Source: a virus. From it: a stretch of 64,000 nucleotides of DNA. The stretch lies in the IMG/VR virus record IMGVR_UViG_3300043409_000785, positions 1 through 64,000 of that record; one strand, written 5' to 3'. Under the pieces are notes generated by a model. It made no database searches and was not told where the DNA came from. It saw nothing but the letters and a program-made list of their open reading frames with translations. Positions 1 to 8,435 of the stretch are shown piece after piece (within the stretch, counting starts at the first letter, position 1; every line of letters begins with the position of its first letter). The translations under genes and the position numbers were made by a program.

Positions 1-575
1 GCATCCTTCAGCTCAGTCATGCCTGAGTTCTCTTTCACATCCAGGTTGAGTTGAAAGTTGGTGCACTCTTTGGGCTTGGTCAGATGGGTCAGAATCGAAT
101 TGGCTGCGTCACAACGTACCTTGTCCGAGGCTGAATTGGCCATCAGGTCTGCTTGCACGTTGAGTGCCTTCTGATACAGGTCTTGGTTCAGCACCCAGCT
201 AGGCACCAAGCTCTGCTCCATGATCAGGTTGACAAGCTTGCCTTTGTGGTAGGCAGACACATACGCGGAAATGTCCTTGGGTGTGGTTCCCTTGGCTACC
301 AGATTGGCGTGCCGTTGAGGGAAAGTTCTGAAGTAGGCATCCTGGTTGCTGTAGCCCATGAGCTTGTAGCTCACGTAAGCCACGGCATGCACGTAATCTT
401 CAGCCTTGAACTTACCCTCCTTGAGCACGGAGGTGTAGCTTATGAAGTTGTTCCTGACCTGCTCTGCCACCAGCGGATCAGCAGCAATGTTGTTCAGCAG
501 GTCTGTAAGGGGCTGAGTGGCTGCACTCTTCAAGTTGGCAGGCAATGAGCGTTCGACTTGTTCTTTGGTAAGCAT
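1..575 (-). CDS. N4 gp69-like conserved late protein, truncated by window edge
   Basis: Not in the ORF track. Manual translation from ATG at 575 gives MLTKEQVERSLPANLKSAATQPLTDLLNNIAADPLVAEQVRNNFISYTSVLKEGKFK..., open to position 1. Resembles the conserved gene upstream of the terminase in N4-like phages. Confidence 0.7.
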   Translation of the reverse strand, partial: MLTKEQVERSLPANLKSAATQPLTDLLNNIAADPLVAEQVRNNFISYTSVLKEGKFKAEDYVHAVAYVSYKLMGYSNQDAYFRTFPQRHANLVAKGTTPKDISAYVSAYHKGKLVNLIMEQSLVPSWVLNQDLYQKALNVQADLMANSASDKVRCDAANSILTHLTKPKECTNFQLNLDVKENSGMTELKD

Positions 576-598
576 GGTGAGTTTTGTTCTGGATATAG

Positions 599-616
599 AA
601 AAGGGGCCGAAGCCCC
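599..616 (-). terminator. Intrinsic terminator
   Basis: Minus strand GGGGC-TTCG-GCCCC-TTTT. Confidence 0.7.
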
Positions 617-650
617 AGGAGAGTTGAAGGATGGAACCAAGAAGGGAAGC

Positions 651-1046
651 TTAGCCAGCTTGCTTTTCCCGATGCAGCTTTTGAGCCAGCTCGAAACCAA
701 ACATAGGCCAGAGCTTGTCAATGGCTTTGCTACGTGCGTCCTTACGTGCGTACTCCGCGGAGTAGTTGGCAGCAGACACACTGCCATGGTTCACACCTTC
801 TACCCGCATACCGTTCTTCAGAACCAAAACACAGAACAAGGTACGGTCCATGACTGCACGATCTTCAGAACTTGCAGGAGTTGCATGCAGGGGATTGTCG
901 GAGCCGAGACACCAGTAACCCACAACACCATCCATAGCTGAGAAGTAGTGCTCACTGGAAATCTCAGCTTCGATCTGCTCGATGGTCACTCGGGGTGCTG
1001 TCTGCCCCACACCACCAACAATGGCTTGGGTAGGTTCTTGGTTCAT
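651..1046 (-). CDS. Phage Gp49/Sf6 gp66 family protein
   Basis: APRVTIEQIEAEI...FCVLVLKNG...SAANYSAEYARKDARSKAIDKLWPMFGFEL pattern; GAAGGA RBS before ATG 1046. Confidence 0.7.
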   Translation of the reverse strand: MNQEPTQAIVGGVGQTAPRVTIEQIEAEISSEHYFSAMDGVVGYWCLGSDNPLHATPASSEDRAVMDRTLFCVLVLKNGMRVEGVNHGSVSAANYSAEYARKDARSKAIDKLWPMFGFELAQKLHREKQAG

Positions 1047-1261
1047 GGGTACGTTTCCTTCTGTAATTTCGATTGCTAAGGTCATCAGTGTAGCTTACAC
1101 TTTAGGCATACCGCAACCCCATTTCCTACTCTATTTCCTATATGGGAATGGGAGGGCTAGGGCTATGTTGGTTCCAAGGAACCAAGAGAAGAAAAGGAAA
1201 ACCAAATCACCAAATGAAAAAGGACACCGAAGTGTCCTTGGTCAGCGGCAAAGTACCTATT

Positions 1262-1486
1262 TCACACTGCTTCTGTGAAGTCCACGTAGAACAGCTTGCC
1301 GGGAACAAACTGCTTGGCAGCTTCTGGGTTGATGGTGCCAATCTTGATTTCACCGCTAGGGGTGTACTTGAAGAACTCTTCATTCTCCTTGCTGCCGCTG
1401 ATGACAGGAACCAGCGTAGCAAACGTACCTGATTCCGTGGTGGCAGTGGATTGAACTTTGAATTTAGCTCGAACTACTTTGGTCAT
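1262..1486 (-). CDS. Small hypothetical phage protein
   Basis: 74-aa ORF with GAGGA RBS; VRAKFKV...ENEEFFKYTPSGEIKIGTINPEAAKQF. Confidence 0.7.
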   Translation of the reverse strand: MTKVVRAKFKVQSTATTESGTFATLVPVISGSKENEEFFKYTPSGEIKIGTINPEAAKQFVPGKLFYVDFTEAV

Positions 1487-2000
1487 TTAAATCCTCTGTT
1501 GATTGATAACCGTAGCATTCTACAGAAATCTTTGCTAACATGTCATCACGTTTTGCGACGTAGCCAGGCCAGTGGAAGGTGCTCCAACATCCACAGTCAG
1601 AGAAGTCTCCTCCTAGCTTTGATCTGACAGCAGTTCCCAGACCTGCTTTATCAAAACTGGTTTCCTTTTGTCTTGTACTTCAAACTTATCTCTAGGACAC
1701 CAAGTAGTTCTATAGTATTTTTGGAATAGAACTACTTCAAAGATATGTCGGGTATCGGGAGCTTCTGTAGAAATATTATCTGGAATAGTTTGAGAAAACA
1801 TCTGGAAAATCATTCTGCAAATTTTTGGGTTTGAAATTATTTTGGTAGTGAGGTGACATTGCAGTGCGGATATGAATTTTCTAAATTTTTGGGTTCATGG
1901 AAATGTTCATAGTGACTTGCCATTACAGTATCCACACCCACACCACACCCCGAACCACAACCACCCCCCCGGTCATATTCTCCTTGGTTCCACTGCATAC
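1487..2000. other. Probable genome-end / direct terminal repeat region
   Basis: Largely non-coding. Switch from leftward late genes to rightward early genes, a C-run near 1964-1970, and the first vRNAP promoter immediately downstream, as in N4-like genomes. The repeat itself cannot be seen in one window. Confidence 0.55.
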
Positions 2001-2008
2001 CCACCCTT

Positions 2009-2028
2009 GTTGCTACGCAACTCGTGAG
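2009..2028 (+). promoter_or_regulatory. vRNAP hairpin promoter 1
   Basis: GTTGC-TAC-GCAAC-TCGTGAG; template-strand hairpin with 5-bp stem and C-GTA-G triloop as in N4 early promoters. Confidence 0.8.
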
Positions 2029-2061
2029 GCAATGTCGCCTTGTTTTCTATTGGAGGCCGCT

Positions 2062-2256
2062 ATGCGCCCATTGGTTATCTACGTTACGTTCCGTCATGCT
2101 GAATCTCAGCAACTGACTGAAGAGTTCACGCATAACTCACTGCAAGCAGTGAAGTCTGTACTGGACTCGGGTAACTACTACCTCGACCATTGCCTGGTCA
2201 ACGGTGTGTTGTTCTCAGATCGTGAGTTCAACAAGCTGTGCTCGGCACTGATCTAA
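2062..2256 (+). CDS. Early hypothetical protein
   Basis: GGAGG RBS at 2052-2056; MRPLVIYVTF... Confidence 0.65.
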   Translation: MRPLVIYVTFRHAESQQLTEEFTHNSLQAVKSVLDSGNYYLDHCLVNGVLFSDREFNKLCSALI

Positions 2257-2258
2257 CT

Positions 2259-2280
2259 ATAAGACCCTTCGGGGTCTTAT
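2259..2280 (+). terminator. UUCG hairpin terminator
   Basis: ATAAGACCC-TTCG-GGGTCTTAT directly after stop. Confidence 0.6.
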
Positions 2281-2320
2281 TAAATTCCTTACACCCAATA
2301 CGGATACCTAAGACAGATAG

Positions 2321-2340
2321 GTAGCTACGCTACTCATGAG
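2321..2340 (+). promoter_or_regulatory. vRNAP hairpin promoter 2
   Basis: GTAGC-TAC-GCTAC-TCATGAG. Confidence 0.8.
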
Positions 2341-2370
2341 TAGTTATCAATCAACCAACTGGAGTTCATC

Positions 2371-2493
2371 ATGATCCGCTTCGCATTCAACGTCGTTACC
2401 CTTATCGAGAACATCACTTGCCTCCTTGCACATCGTGCCAAGGAACAGCTCAAGCTCCTTGAGCTGAAACAGCAGCTTCGCAATCATCGCTAA
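2371..2493 (+). CDS. Small early protein (40 aa)
   Basis: GGAG RBS; MIRFAFNVVTLIENITCLLAHRAKEQLKLLELKQQLRNHR; lies between promoter 2 and a terminator. Confidence 0.55.
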   Translation: MIRFAFNVVTLIENITCLLAHRAKEQLKLLELKQQLRNHR

Positions 2494-2502
2494 GCACCAA
2501 CC

Positions 2503-2530
2503 AGACCTCTTCGGAGGTCTATTTCTTTTC
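2503..2530 (+). terminator. Intrinsic terminator
   Basis: AGACCTC-TTCG-GAGGTCT followed by ATTTCTTTT. Confidence 0.7.
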
Positions 2531-2584
2531 TTGGTTCTACGAACCTATTGAGCAATCTTGCTCTCAATCAAACAGGAGTTAATC

Positions 2585-2902
2585 ATGGCAACAGCACGTA
2601 TGTCTTTGGGTTCAGTCTTTGGCGCAATCGGTCAGACCGCTCAGACTTTGACTGGCACTCTCGGTGCTATCAATGCAGGGGTTGGTATGGCCAACAAGGC
2701 TATCGAGAACATGGCAGCACAGCAAGATGATCGCATCAAAGCTGACAACAAGATGTTCAAGATCACTCTCGCTAACGAGAAATCGCAAGAACTGGCCGAG
2801 TCAACTATGGAAGCAGCTAAGTTTCGCAACAAGTCTGAGGCTCATGCTCAAGCATACGACCAGGCTTACGCACTCATCGCTGCTGCACTCGAAGAGAAGT
2901 AA
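2585..2902 (+). CDS. N4 gp1-like early protein
   Basis: AGGAG RBS; MATARMSLGSVFGAIG...GVGMAN pattern; position among first early genes. Confidence 0.6.
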   Translation: MATARMSLGSVFGAIGQTAQTLTGTLGAINAGVGMANKAIENMAAQQDDRIKADNKMFKITLANEKSQELAESTMEAAKFRNKSEAHAQAYDQAYALIAAALEEK

Positions 2903-3081
2903 ACCTTAACAACCTGGGCTGAGCAATCAGCCCTTGTTAAATTCATTACACATAACACAAACACCTAATTCGCAGGCATGGATAGTCTCATCCAAGTATC
3001 TGTCTTCAACTCAAACCAGTTAGATTGGGTTAGCAACTACGTTGCTTGTGAGAATGTTCTCACTAACCTTTGGAGATTGAT

Positions 3082-3306
3082 ATGGCTACCGTTGATCTGT
3101 TCAACAACATCCCTGATAGGTATGACGAAGAGTTCTTTCCTTACTCTGAGATTGAGTTCACTCAAACAGAAGTCATTGTCAGCTCTATCAATGAGCACGG
3201 CTATGTGACTTATGGGCACAAGACCATCACTTCAGTTAAACATGGTCCTACCATTACTGAAAATCCTTGGCTCTTATGTGATTGGGATGACCTGGATGAG
3301 TTGTAG
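3082..3306 (+). CDS. Hypothetical acidic early protein
   Basis: GGAG RBS before ATG 3082. Confidence 0.5.
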   Translation: MATVDLFNNIPDRYDEEFFPYSEIEFTQTEVIVSSINEHGYVTYGHKTITSVKHGPTITENPWLLCDWDDLDEL

Positions 3307-3528
3307 TTCAGTGTACCTGTAACTAACTCTCAACTAACCTTTCCCTAACACTCTCTTCCTCATTTCCTAAACCAACCCAATAACCCAATCAAGGACAGGC
3401 TCAATCCTGTCCTCCAAACTTATGCCTAACTTTGTCATCACCTTTGCCATCATCTACTTCTCGTACATCGGCTACTTGTTCGGTGGTGGTGTGCTTGTCA
3501 TTCCAACTTTTATGCTCTAACCAAAGAG

Positions 3529-3548
3529 GCAGCTACGCTGCTTCTGAG
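3529..3548 (+). promoter_or_regulatory. vRNAP hairpin promoter 3
   Basis: GCAGC-TAC-GCTGC-TTCTGAG. Confidence 0.8.
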
Positions 3549-3590
3549 ACATAGCAATCCTGCCGTGTCTCAACCTTTTAGGAGATAGTT

Positions 3591-3929
3591 ATGACTGCTG
3601 AAAAGAAGAAACCTTCCAATCTTGAACTCTTCCGTGCTGAGCGTAATAGGCCACGTCCTTGGCTCGATAAACCAGAACCCAAATCTCGTGTTTGGCTCAA
3701 CATTGGCTATCACAAGCCTGATGGTGAGTACGTTCGCTTGCCTTTTGGCGTGTACATGGACCCTGCTGAAATTGCGAGGTCTGCGCACATGTGGTCTGAC
3801 GACCAGAAGGCACTGCTCAAGGTGTTCATGGATCAAGGCAACGCTCTCGAAGAGGGCACTAGCACTGAGGTTACAGACTTCAATGGCAGCCCGTTGGTTG
3901 CCCAGATTCGCAAGACACTGCCCTACTAA
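3591..3929 (+). CDS. gp2/Drc-like ssDNA-binding transcription cofactor, divergent paralogue
   Basis: WLNIGY...YVRLPFGVYMD...GNALEEG...LVAQIRK motifs shared with 4373..4795. Confidence 0.6.
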   Translation: MTAEKKKPSNLELFRAERNRPRPWLDKPEPKSRVWLNIGYHKPDGEYVRLPFGVYMDPAEIARSAHMWSDDQKALLKVFMDQGNALEEGTSTEVTDFNGSPLVAQIRKTLPY

Positions 3930-3937
3930 GCCCAAGA

Positions 3938-3957
3938 GCCTCTACGAGGCTTTTGAG
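3938..3957 (+). promoter_or_regulatory. vRNAP hairpin promoter 4
   Basis: GCCTC-TAC-GAGGC-TTTTGAG. Confidence 0.8.
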
Positions 3958-3987
3958 GCTTTTCTCAATCACATTTAGGAGTATTTC

Positions 3988-4269
3988 ATGGCCATTTCCC
4001 CAAATACCACTGCACCCGGCGAATACAGCGACCTTGAGCTGATCTGCATTTTCCACGTCCCAGAAGAAGAAATCCCTCTGCTCAAAGCACAGGGCATGAC
4101 TTCTGCTGAGATCGCTGAGCGTCAACGTCAACGCTTCAAGGATGGCACCTTGGTTGAACCCAAGGTGACGTACAGCAAAGTGTCTTCGCTTCGTGAAGCT
4201 CTTTGCCCTGGTTCGAATGACAGTTCTTCTAGCAATCCAGGCTTTGAGGTCTGGGTTCAGAATCGTTAA
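3988..4269 (+). CDS. Early hypothetical protein
   Basis: AGGAG RBS; 93-aa ORF. Confidence 0.65.
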   Translation: MAISPNTTAPGEYSDLELICIFHVPEEEIPLLKAQGMTSAEIAERQRQRFKDGTLVEPKVTYSKVSSLREALCPGSNDSSSSNPGFEVWVQNR

Positions 4270-4275
4270 TACATT

Positions 4276-4295
4276 GCGCCTACGGCGCTTTTGGG
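4276..4295 (+). promoter_or_regulatory. vRNAP hairpin promoter 5
   Basis: GCGCC-TAC-GGCGC-TTTTGGG. Confidence 0.75.
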
Positions 4296-4372
4296 TATGG
4301 TTGGTTGGGCAATGGTGCTCAATCAATCTTTTCGTGGGTTTATCCACTTTGTAAGTTCAAGGAGTATTTATC

Positions 4373-4795
4373 ATGCCTATCAACAATCAAGCAGCTGCTC
4401 TCAATTTCGGCATCAACGGTGGTGGCAACATCAACCTGAACAACGGCAAGAGTGATCAGATCCCTGCTGAGTTCTGGGTCAACATCGGCTACAACCACGA
4501 TACTGGCAAGCTCGATGAGCAGGGTCAGCCTGTCATGCTGTTCGTACAGCTCCCGTTCGGTGTTCCTCTGGAAACGCCTGAGACATTGAAGGCCAAGAAG
4601 GTCTTCATGACGCCTGAGAAGCTTGCTTTTCTGGCAATGGTGACTGAGCAGGGTGAGGCACTGAAGCCTGGTGAAACTGCCTTCATTGGTGGCTATGCTG
4701 ACGGTCTGTTGATTCAGCTTCGGCGTGTCAACCATGACAAGCCTGTTGCTGATGTGGGTGCCAAGCCTACTATCAAGTTCGGCATGAGGGCTTAA
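4373..4795 (+). CDS. N4 gp2/Drc-like ssDNA-binding coactivator of RNAP II
   Basis: AEFWVNIGY...FVQLPFGVPLET...GEALKPGE...LLIQLRRV; AAGGAG RBS. Confidence 0.75.
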   Translation: MPINNQAAALNFGINGGGNINLNNGKSDQIPAEFWVNIGYNHDTGKLDEQGQPVMLFVQLPFGVPLETPETLKAKKVFMTPEKLAFLAMVTEQGEALKPGETAFIGGYADGLLIQLRRVNHDKPVADVGAKPTIKFGMRA

Positions 4796-4807
4796 CTTAA
4801 GCACGTT

Positions 4808-4833
4808 GGGAATGGGTCTTCGGACCTGTTCCC
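4808..4833 (+). terminator. UUCG hairpin, probable terminator
   Basis: GGGAATGGGTC-TTCG-GACCTGTTCCC. Confidence 0.55.
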
Positions 4834-4936
4834 TTCAAACTCAAGTCCAGATAGCTCACAATCCCATTTCAACTTTCGATAGTCTAAGTTCAACTTTTTG
4901 AACCCTATCGGCTAAAAAACCTAAAGGTCAAGAATC

Positions 4937-5152
4937 ATGACAAAACCACTGAACCAAGAAGAAAAAGAGAGGCTTGCTGGCCTTCGTAAGTTCTATGGCC
5001 ACATGACCGTAGAGACTGCTCGTGCCATGGAAGCACGAGAACAACGCAATGCTAATTTCGTTGGGTCAAGAGACAAGCTTTATGCTGGGCACCTGTTTCG
5101 ACGTGATCAGTACAGCTTCTATGCTGAGCTGATGGCTCGTGAGAACCTATGA
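4937..5152 (+). CDS. Hypothetical protein
   Basis: 71-aa ORF in early operon. Confidence 0.55.
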   Translation: MTKPLNQEEKERLAGLRKFYGHMTVETARAMEAREQRNANFVGSRDKLYAGHLFRRDQYSFYAELMARENL

Positions 5153-5159
5153 TCCCATA

Positions 5160-5179
5160 GCCGCTACGCGGCTGTTGAG
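5160..5179 (+). promoter_or_regulatory. vRNAP hairpin promoter 6
   Basis: GCCGC-TAC-GCGGC-TGTTGAG. Confidence 0.8.
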
Positions 5180-5263
5180 GCTTTTTAGCTTTTAGCCTTT
5201 TTACCATTTGGGGTTTGTTCTGGGTTTGAGCAAACCTTTTATTCATTTTCAAAGAAAGTATTT

Positions 5264-5479
5264 ATGCCAAAGACGCTTACCTATGCTGGCAGTCAGTTTA
5301 CTGCTAACCGCATCAAACATTTGCACTGTGTGGCATTTCAAAAGCAATTCGCTATTGATAACGATTTGAAAGATCGTTTCACGCAGTTGCGTAGGGATTG
5401 GATTTACGCTGCAGAAGATGCTTACTACAAAGACAACGTTTCTATTGATGTGTTTCGCATCATGCTATACGGCTGCTAA
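5264..5479 (+). CDS. Hypothetical protein
   Basis: 71-aa ORF. Confidence 0.55.
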   Translation: MPKTLTYAGSQFTANRIKHLHCVAFQKQFAIDNDLKDRFTQLRRDWIYAAEDAYYKDNVSIDVFRIMLYGC

Positions 5480-5494
5480 ACCAAGGAAAGAACA

Positions 5495-6034
5495 ATGAAA
5501 CAACTTACATTCGCTGGAATCGGTTCGAGGGAAACACCTGGGCCTATCCTCAATCTCATGACCCAGATTGGCTATGACCTTGCCAAGTCTGGATGGCTGC
5601 TTCGCTCAGGCTTTGCTGATGGAGCTGACAATGCCTTTGCCTACGGTGCTGAACAAGCACAAGGAGCCATGGAGCTTTTCATTCCATGGAAAGGCTTTAA
5701 CAATGCTCCCAACATGGATCAACGATTCATCGTTCCTGAGTTCTCTGACCTGCAAATGAGTATTGCAGCCAAGTGCCATCCTGCCTGGAACCAATGCAGC
5801 CAAGGGGCTAAGAAGCTTCATGCTCGCAATGTCAATCAGGTGCTTGGCAAAAACCTGGATGACCCTTCTGACCTCATCATTTGCTGGACACCCAATGGTT
5901 CTGGCAGTGGTGGAACAGGTCAGGCTATTCGCATTGCCAAGATTGCCCAAGTACCTGTCTTCGATCTTGCTATTCCTGGCAAGTTTGACGAGCTGGTCAA
6001 GTATGTTGAACAACTGGAAAAGAACAATGTCTGA
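5495..6034 (+). CDS. DprA/Smf-like (SLOG superfamily) protein
   Basis: FAGIGSRETP...LRSGFADGADNAF...GSGGTGQAIRIAK motifs. Confidence 0.75.
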   Translation: MKQLTFAGIGSRETPGPILNLMTQIGYDLAKSGWLLRSGFADGADNAFAYGAEQAQGAMELFIPWKGFNNAPNMDQRFIVPEFSDLQMSIAAKCHPAWNQCSQGAKKLHARNVNQVLGKNLDDPSDLIICWTPNGSGSGGTGQAIRIAKIAQVPVFDLAIPGKFDELVKYVEQLEKNNV

Positions 6035-6362
6035 ACTGCTGAAGAACTTCTACCTGGCTTATGCTGCATGGCTGGATGATGGTACCCAAGATGAAACTGT
6101 CTTCAGCAAAGCAAATGGTTTGTGCTCTAACCTGCGTTGGTACTGTGATTACGTTGAAACCAGCGATGCTGAGTGGTTCTGTGTAAAAGGTGAACTGGTA
6201 GATCAGTTCATTGATGCTGGGTTGAACAAGACATATCCGTTCGACCTTGATGGCTTTGCTTATGAAAAGTCTGGTCAACAATATAAATGTCATCTCAAGC
6301 CTAGACGCATCCAATGGGTGCGTGATCAAGTAGCCAAAATCAAGGAAGAAGCGTCTAGCTAG
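6027..6362 (+). CDS. Hypothetical protein
   Basis: MSELLKNFYLAYAAWLD...GLCSNL; overlaps upstream stop. Confidence 0.6.
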   Translation: MSELLKNFYLAYAAWLDDGTQDETVFSKANGLCSNLRWYCDYVETSDAEWFCVKGELVDQFIDAGLNKTYPFDLDGFAYEKSGQQYKCHLKPRRIQWVRDQVAKIKEEASS

Positions 6363-6449
6363 TTCTGTGAAGCATTCTGGTATTCATTACTCGAATGCTT
6401 TGCAGAGAATGTTTAGTTTGTTTTTTGAATAATTAACCTGGAGTACCTT

Positions 6450-6752
6450 ATGACCTTGAATCAATACATCGCTCAAGAACACGTCAAGCGTAAAAACGCT
6501 TACGAACCAATCAAGCCTATCGAATGTGTTGATGGTTTCACCATCAGTGTTCAAGCATCCCGAGTGCATTATTGTGAACCTCGCGAAAAAGATGGGCCAT
6601 ATTTATCTGTTGAATGTGGTTTCCCATCATCCGATGTACCTGAGATGGCTGACTACAAGGATGGTGATGATTACGACACTGATTCGGTTTTTGTCTGCGT
6701 CCCTGTTGAAATTGTGGAAGCAGTCCTGGCAAAGCATGGAGGCATGAAATGA
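6450..6752 (+). CDS. Conserved phage hypothetical protein
   Basis: IECVDGFTISVQASRVHYCEPR...ECGFPS...HGG pattern; GGAG RBS. Confidence 0.7.
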   Translation: MTLNQYIAQEHVKRKNAYEPIKPIECVDGFTISVQASRVHYCEPREKDGPYLSVECGFPSSDVPEMADYKDGDDYDTDSVFVCVPVEIVEAVLAKHGGMK

Positions 6753-7129
6753 CTAAAGTGTTTACGTTCGGCAGCAATGCCGCTGGAATCCACGGTGCTG
6801 GTGCTGCTAAGGAAGCCTACAAGAAGCACGGTGCTCGTTGGAAAGCTGGCTACGGCCATTATGGCAATAGCTTTGCCATCCCTACCAAAAGCATTTATCT
6901 TGAGACGTTAACTCTGGGCACCATCAAGGCTTACGTGGAAGGCTTCAAAGCCTACGCTGCTGACCATCCTGAGTTGACCTTTCAGGTTACTCAAATTGGT
7001 TGTGGATTGGCTGGCTACCAGGACAAGGACATTGCTCCTTTGTTCATTGGTTCCAGTCTCAATTGCCAGTTCGATAGCGCCTGGGAATCGTTTCTCGGTG
7101 CTGAGTTCACCTACTGGGGTCATGTATGA
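6749..7129 (+). CDS. Macro-like / A1S_2505-type phage protein
   Basis: FTFGSNAAGIHGAGAA...SFAIPTK...FQVTQIGCGLAGY. Confidence 0.65.
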   Translation: MTKVFTFGSNAAGIHGAGAAKEAYKKHGARWKAGYGHYGNSFAIPTKSIYLETLTLGTIKAYVEGFKAYAADHPELTFQVTQIGCGLAGYQDKDIAPLFIGSSLNCQFDSAWESFLGAEFTYWGHV

Positions 7130-7311
7130 CCTCTGAGCAATTCCTGCTGATGTCGGCTCAAGGCAGACCTGTCCGTGAGTTTGAATCACCTGACGCAGCC
7201 CGTCACTGGGCGCAAAAGCGAAAGGAATCAGCTGATGGCTACTATTGCCCCAACCTGATTCTGATCAAGAAAACCACCACTGTCGTTGAAGAAATTCTCG
7301 ACTACGTTTGA
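7126..7311 (+). CDS. Hypothetical protein
   Basis: ATGA overlap with upstream gene. Confidence 0.55.
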   Translation: MTSEQFLLMSAQGRPVREFESPDAARHWAQKRKESADGYYCPNLILIKKTTTVVEEILDYV

Positions 7312-7326
7312 ACCAAAGGAAACAAA

Positions 7327-8145
7327 ATGCAAGACGCAAATAAAATGCAGCATCAAATCATATTGGAAAAACTCTTCGCCAAGAACCAGCTCATAGACAG
7401 ACTGCGCTATGAGTTCTTCCACAACAAGTCTCCAGACTTTGTGGGCTACATGGAAGCAGTGCAGATTGATATGAACTTCGGCCTGGATCTCTTGATCCAG
7501 ATGCAATTGCACAAGCGCTGTAGTCTTCAAGTGCTGTTGGGTACTCTTCGCGGTCACTACGAGACAGCTCAAGAAGTAGCTGATGCCATCCTGAAGTGTG
7601 CTGAGGCTTATCTGGTAGATTTTGATCCTGCTCTGGAAGTCTTCATTGTGAAGTTCCTGGTCAATGCTAACGTTCAGGAAGAGTTGGATCGTTATCAGTA
7701 TCCATTGCCTATGGTGGTAGAGCCTGAAGAGGTAACTAATAACAAAAGCACTGGCTACAAAACTATTCCTGGTTCACTTATCCTCAAGAAGAACCATCAC
7801 AATGACGATATTTGTTTAGACCACATCAACCGAATGAATAAAGTCAAGCTTACTCTTGATGCAGATACTGCCATGATGGTTAAGAACCAATGGAAGGGTC
7901 TGGACAAGATGAAGGATGGGGATACCAAGGAAAAGTTTGAGAAGCGCAAGAAGGCATTTGCGCTTTATGACAAAGTAGCTAAGGACGTGATTGGCCTCTT
8001 AACTCAAGAGGGTAATGAGTTCTATCTAACACATGCCTACGATAAACGTGGCCGTACTTACTGTAAGGGCTACCATGTTAACTACCAAGGTAATCCTTGG
8101 AACAAGGCTGTAATTCAGTTTGCAGATAAAGAATTAATTGACTGA
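7327..8145 (+). CDS. N4-type RNA polymerase II subunit 1 (gp15-like)
   Basis: QYPLPMVVEP; FYLTHAYDKRGRTYCKGYHVNYQG (T7-like DxRGR motif); 272 aa. Confidence 0.92.
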   Translation: MQDANKMQHQIILEKLFAKNQLIDRLRYEFFHNKSPDFVGYMEAVQIDMNFGLDLLIQMQLHKRCSLQVLLGTLRGHYETAQEVADAILKCAEAYLVDFDPALEVFIVKFLVNANVQEELDRYQYPLPMVVEPEEVTNNKSTGYKTIPGSLILKKNHHNDDICLDHINRMNKVKLTLDADTAMMVKNQWKGLDKMKDGDTKEKFEKRKKAFALYDKVAKDVIGLLTQEGNEFYLTHAYDKRGRTYCKGYHVNYQGNPWNKAVIQFADKELID

Positions 8146-8155
8146 GGAAACAATA

Positions 8156-8362
8156 ATGATCATTCCACTCTGGATCACCACCGCACTTCAATCACTGTAC
8201 TACTTATGGGCAGTTATTGAGGTGTTCACTCTAGCTTGTGTCATCTGGAACAACACCAGTCCACATCTGGAAAAGATTCACTACACAGACATTGGACTTA
8301 AGTACAGTGTGTTGTTTGTCATCGTGTCTGTGTTCTATTTCAGTTACCTCGTAGTGGGTTAA
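8156..8362 (+). CDS. Small membrane protein
   Basis: GAGGA RBS; two hydrophobic segments. Confidence 0.55.
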   Translation: MIIPLWITTALQSLYYLWAVIEVFTLACVIWNNTSPHLEKIHYTDIGLKYSVLFVIVSVFYFSYLVVG

Positions 8363-8435
8363 TACACTAACTCTCCCCAACTCAAGGGCCACTCATGTGG
8401 TCCTTTTCATTTGTCAATTTACTTCAGGACGCATT

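Noticed and set aside
2259-2520. UUCG hairpins as vRNAP promoters
   Set aside because: They have tetraloops, follow stop codons and lack the TNNTGRG tail, so they fit terminators better.
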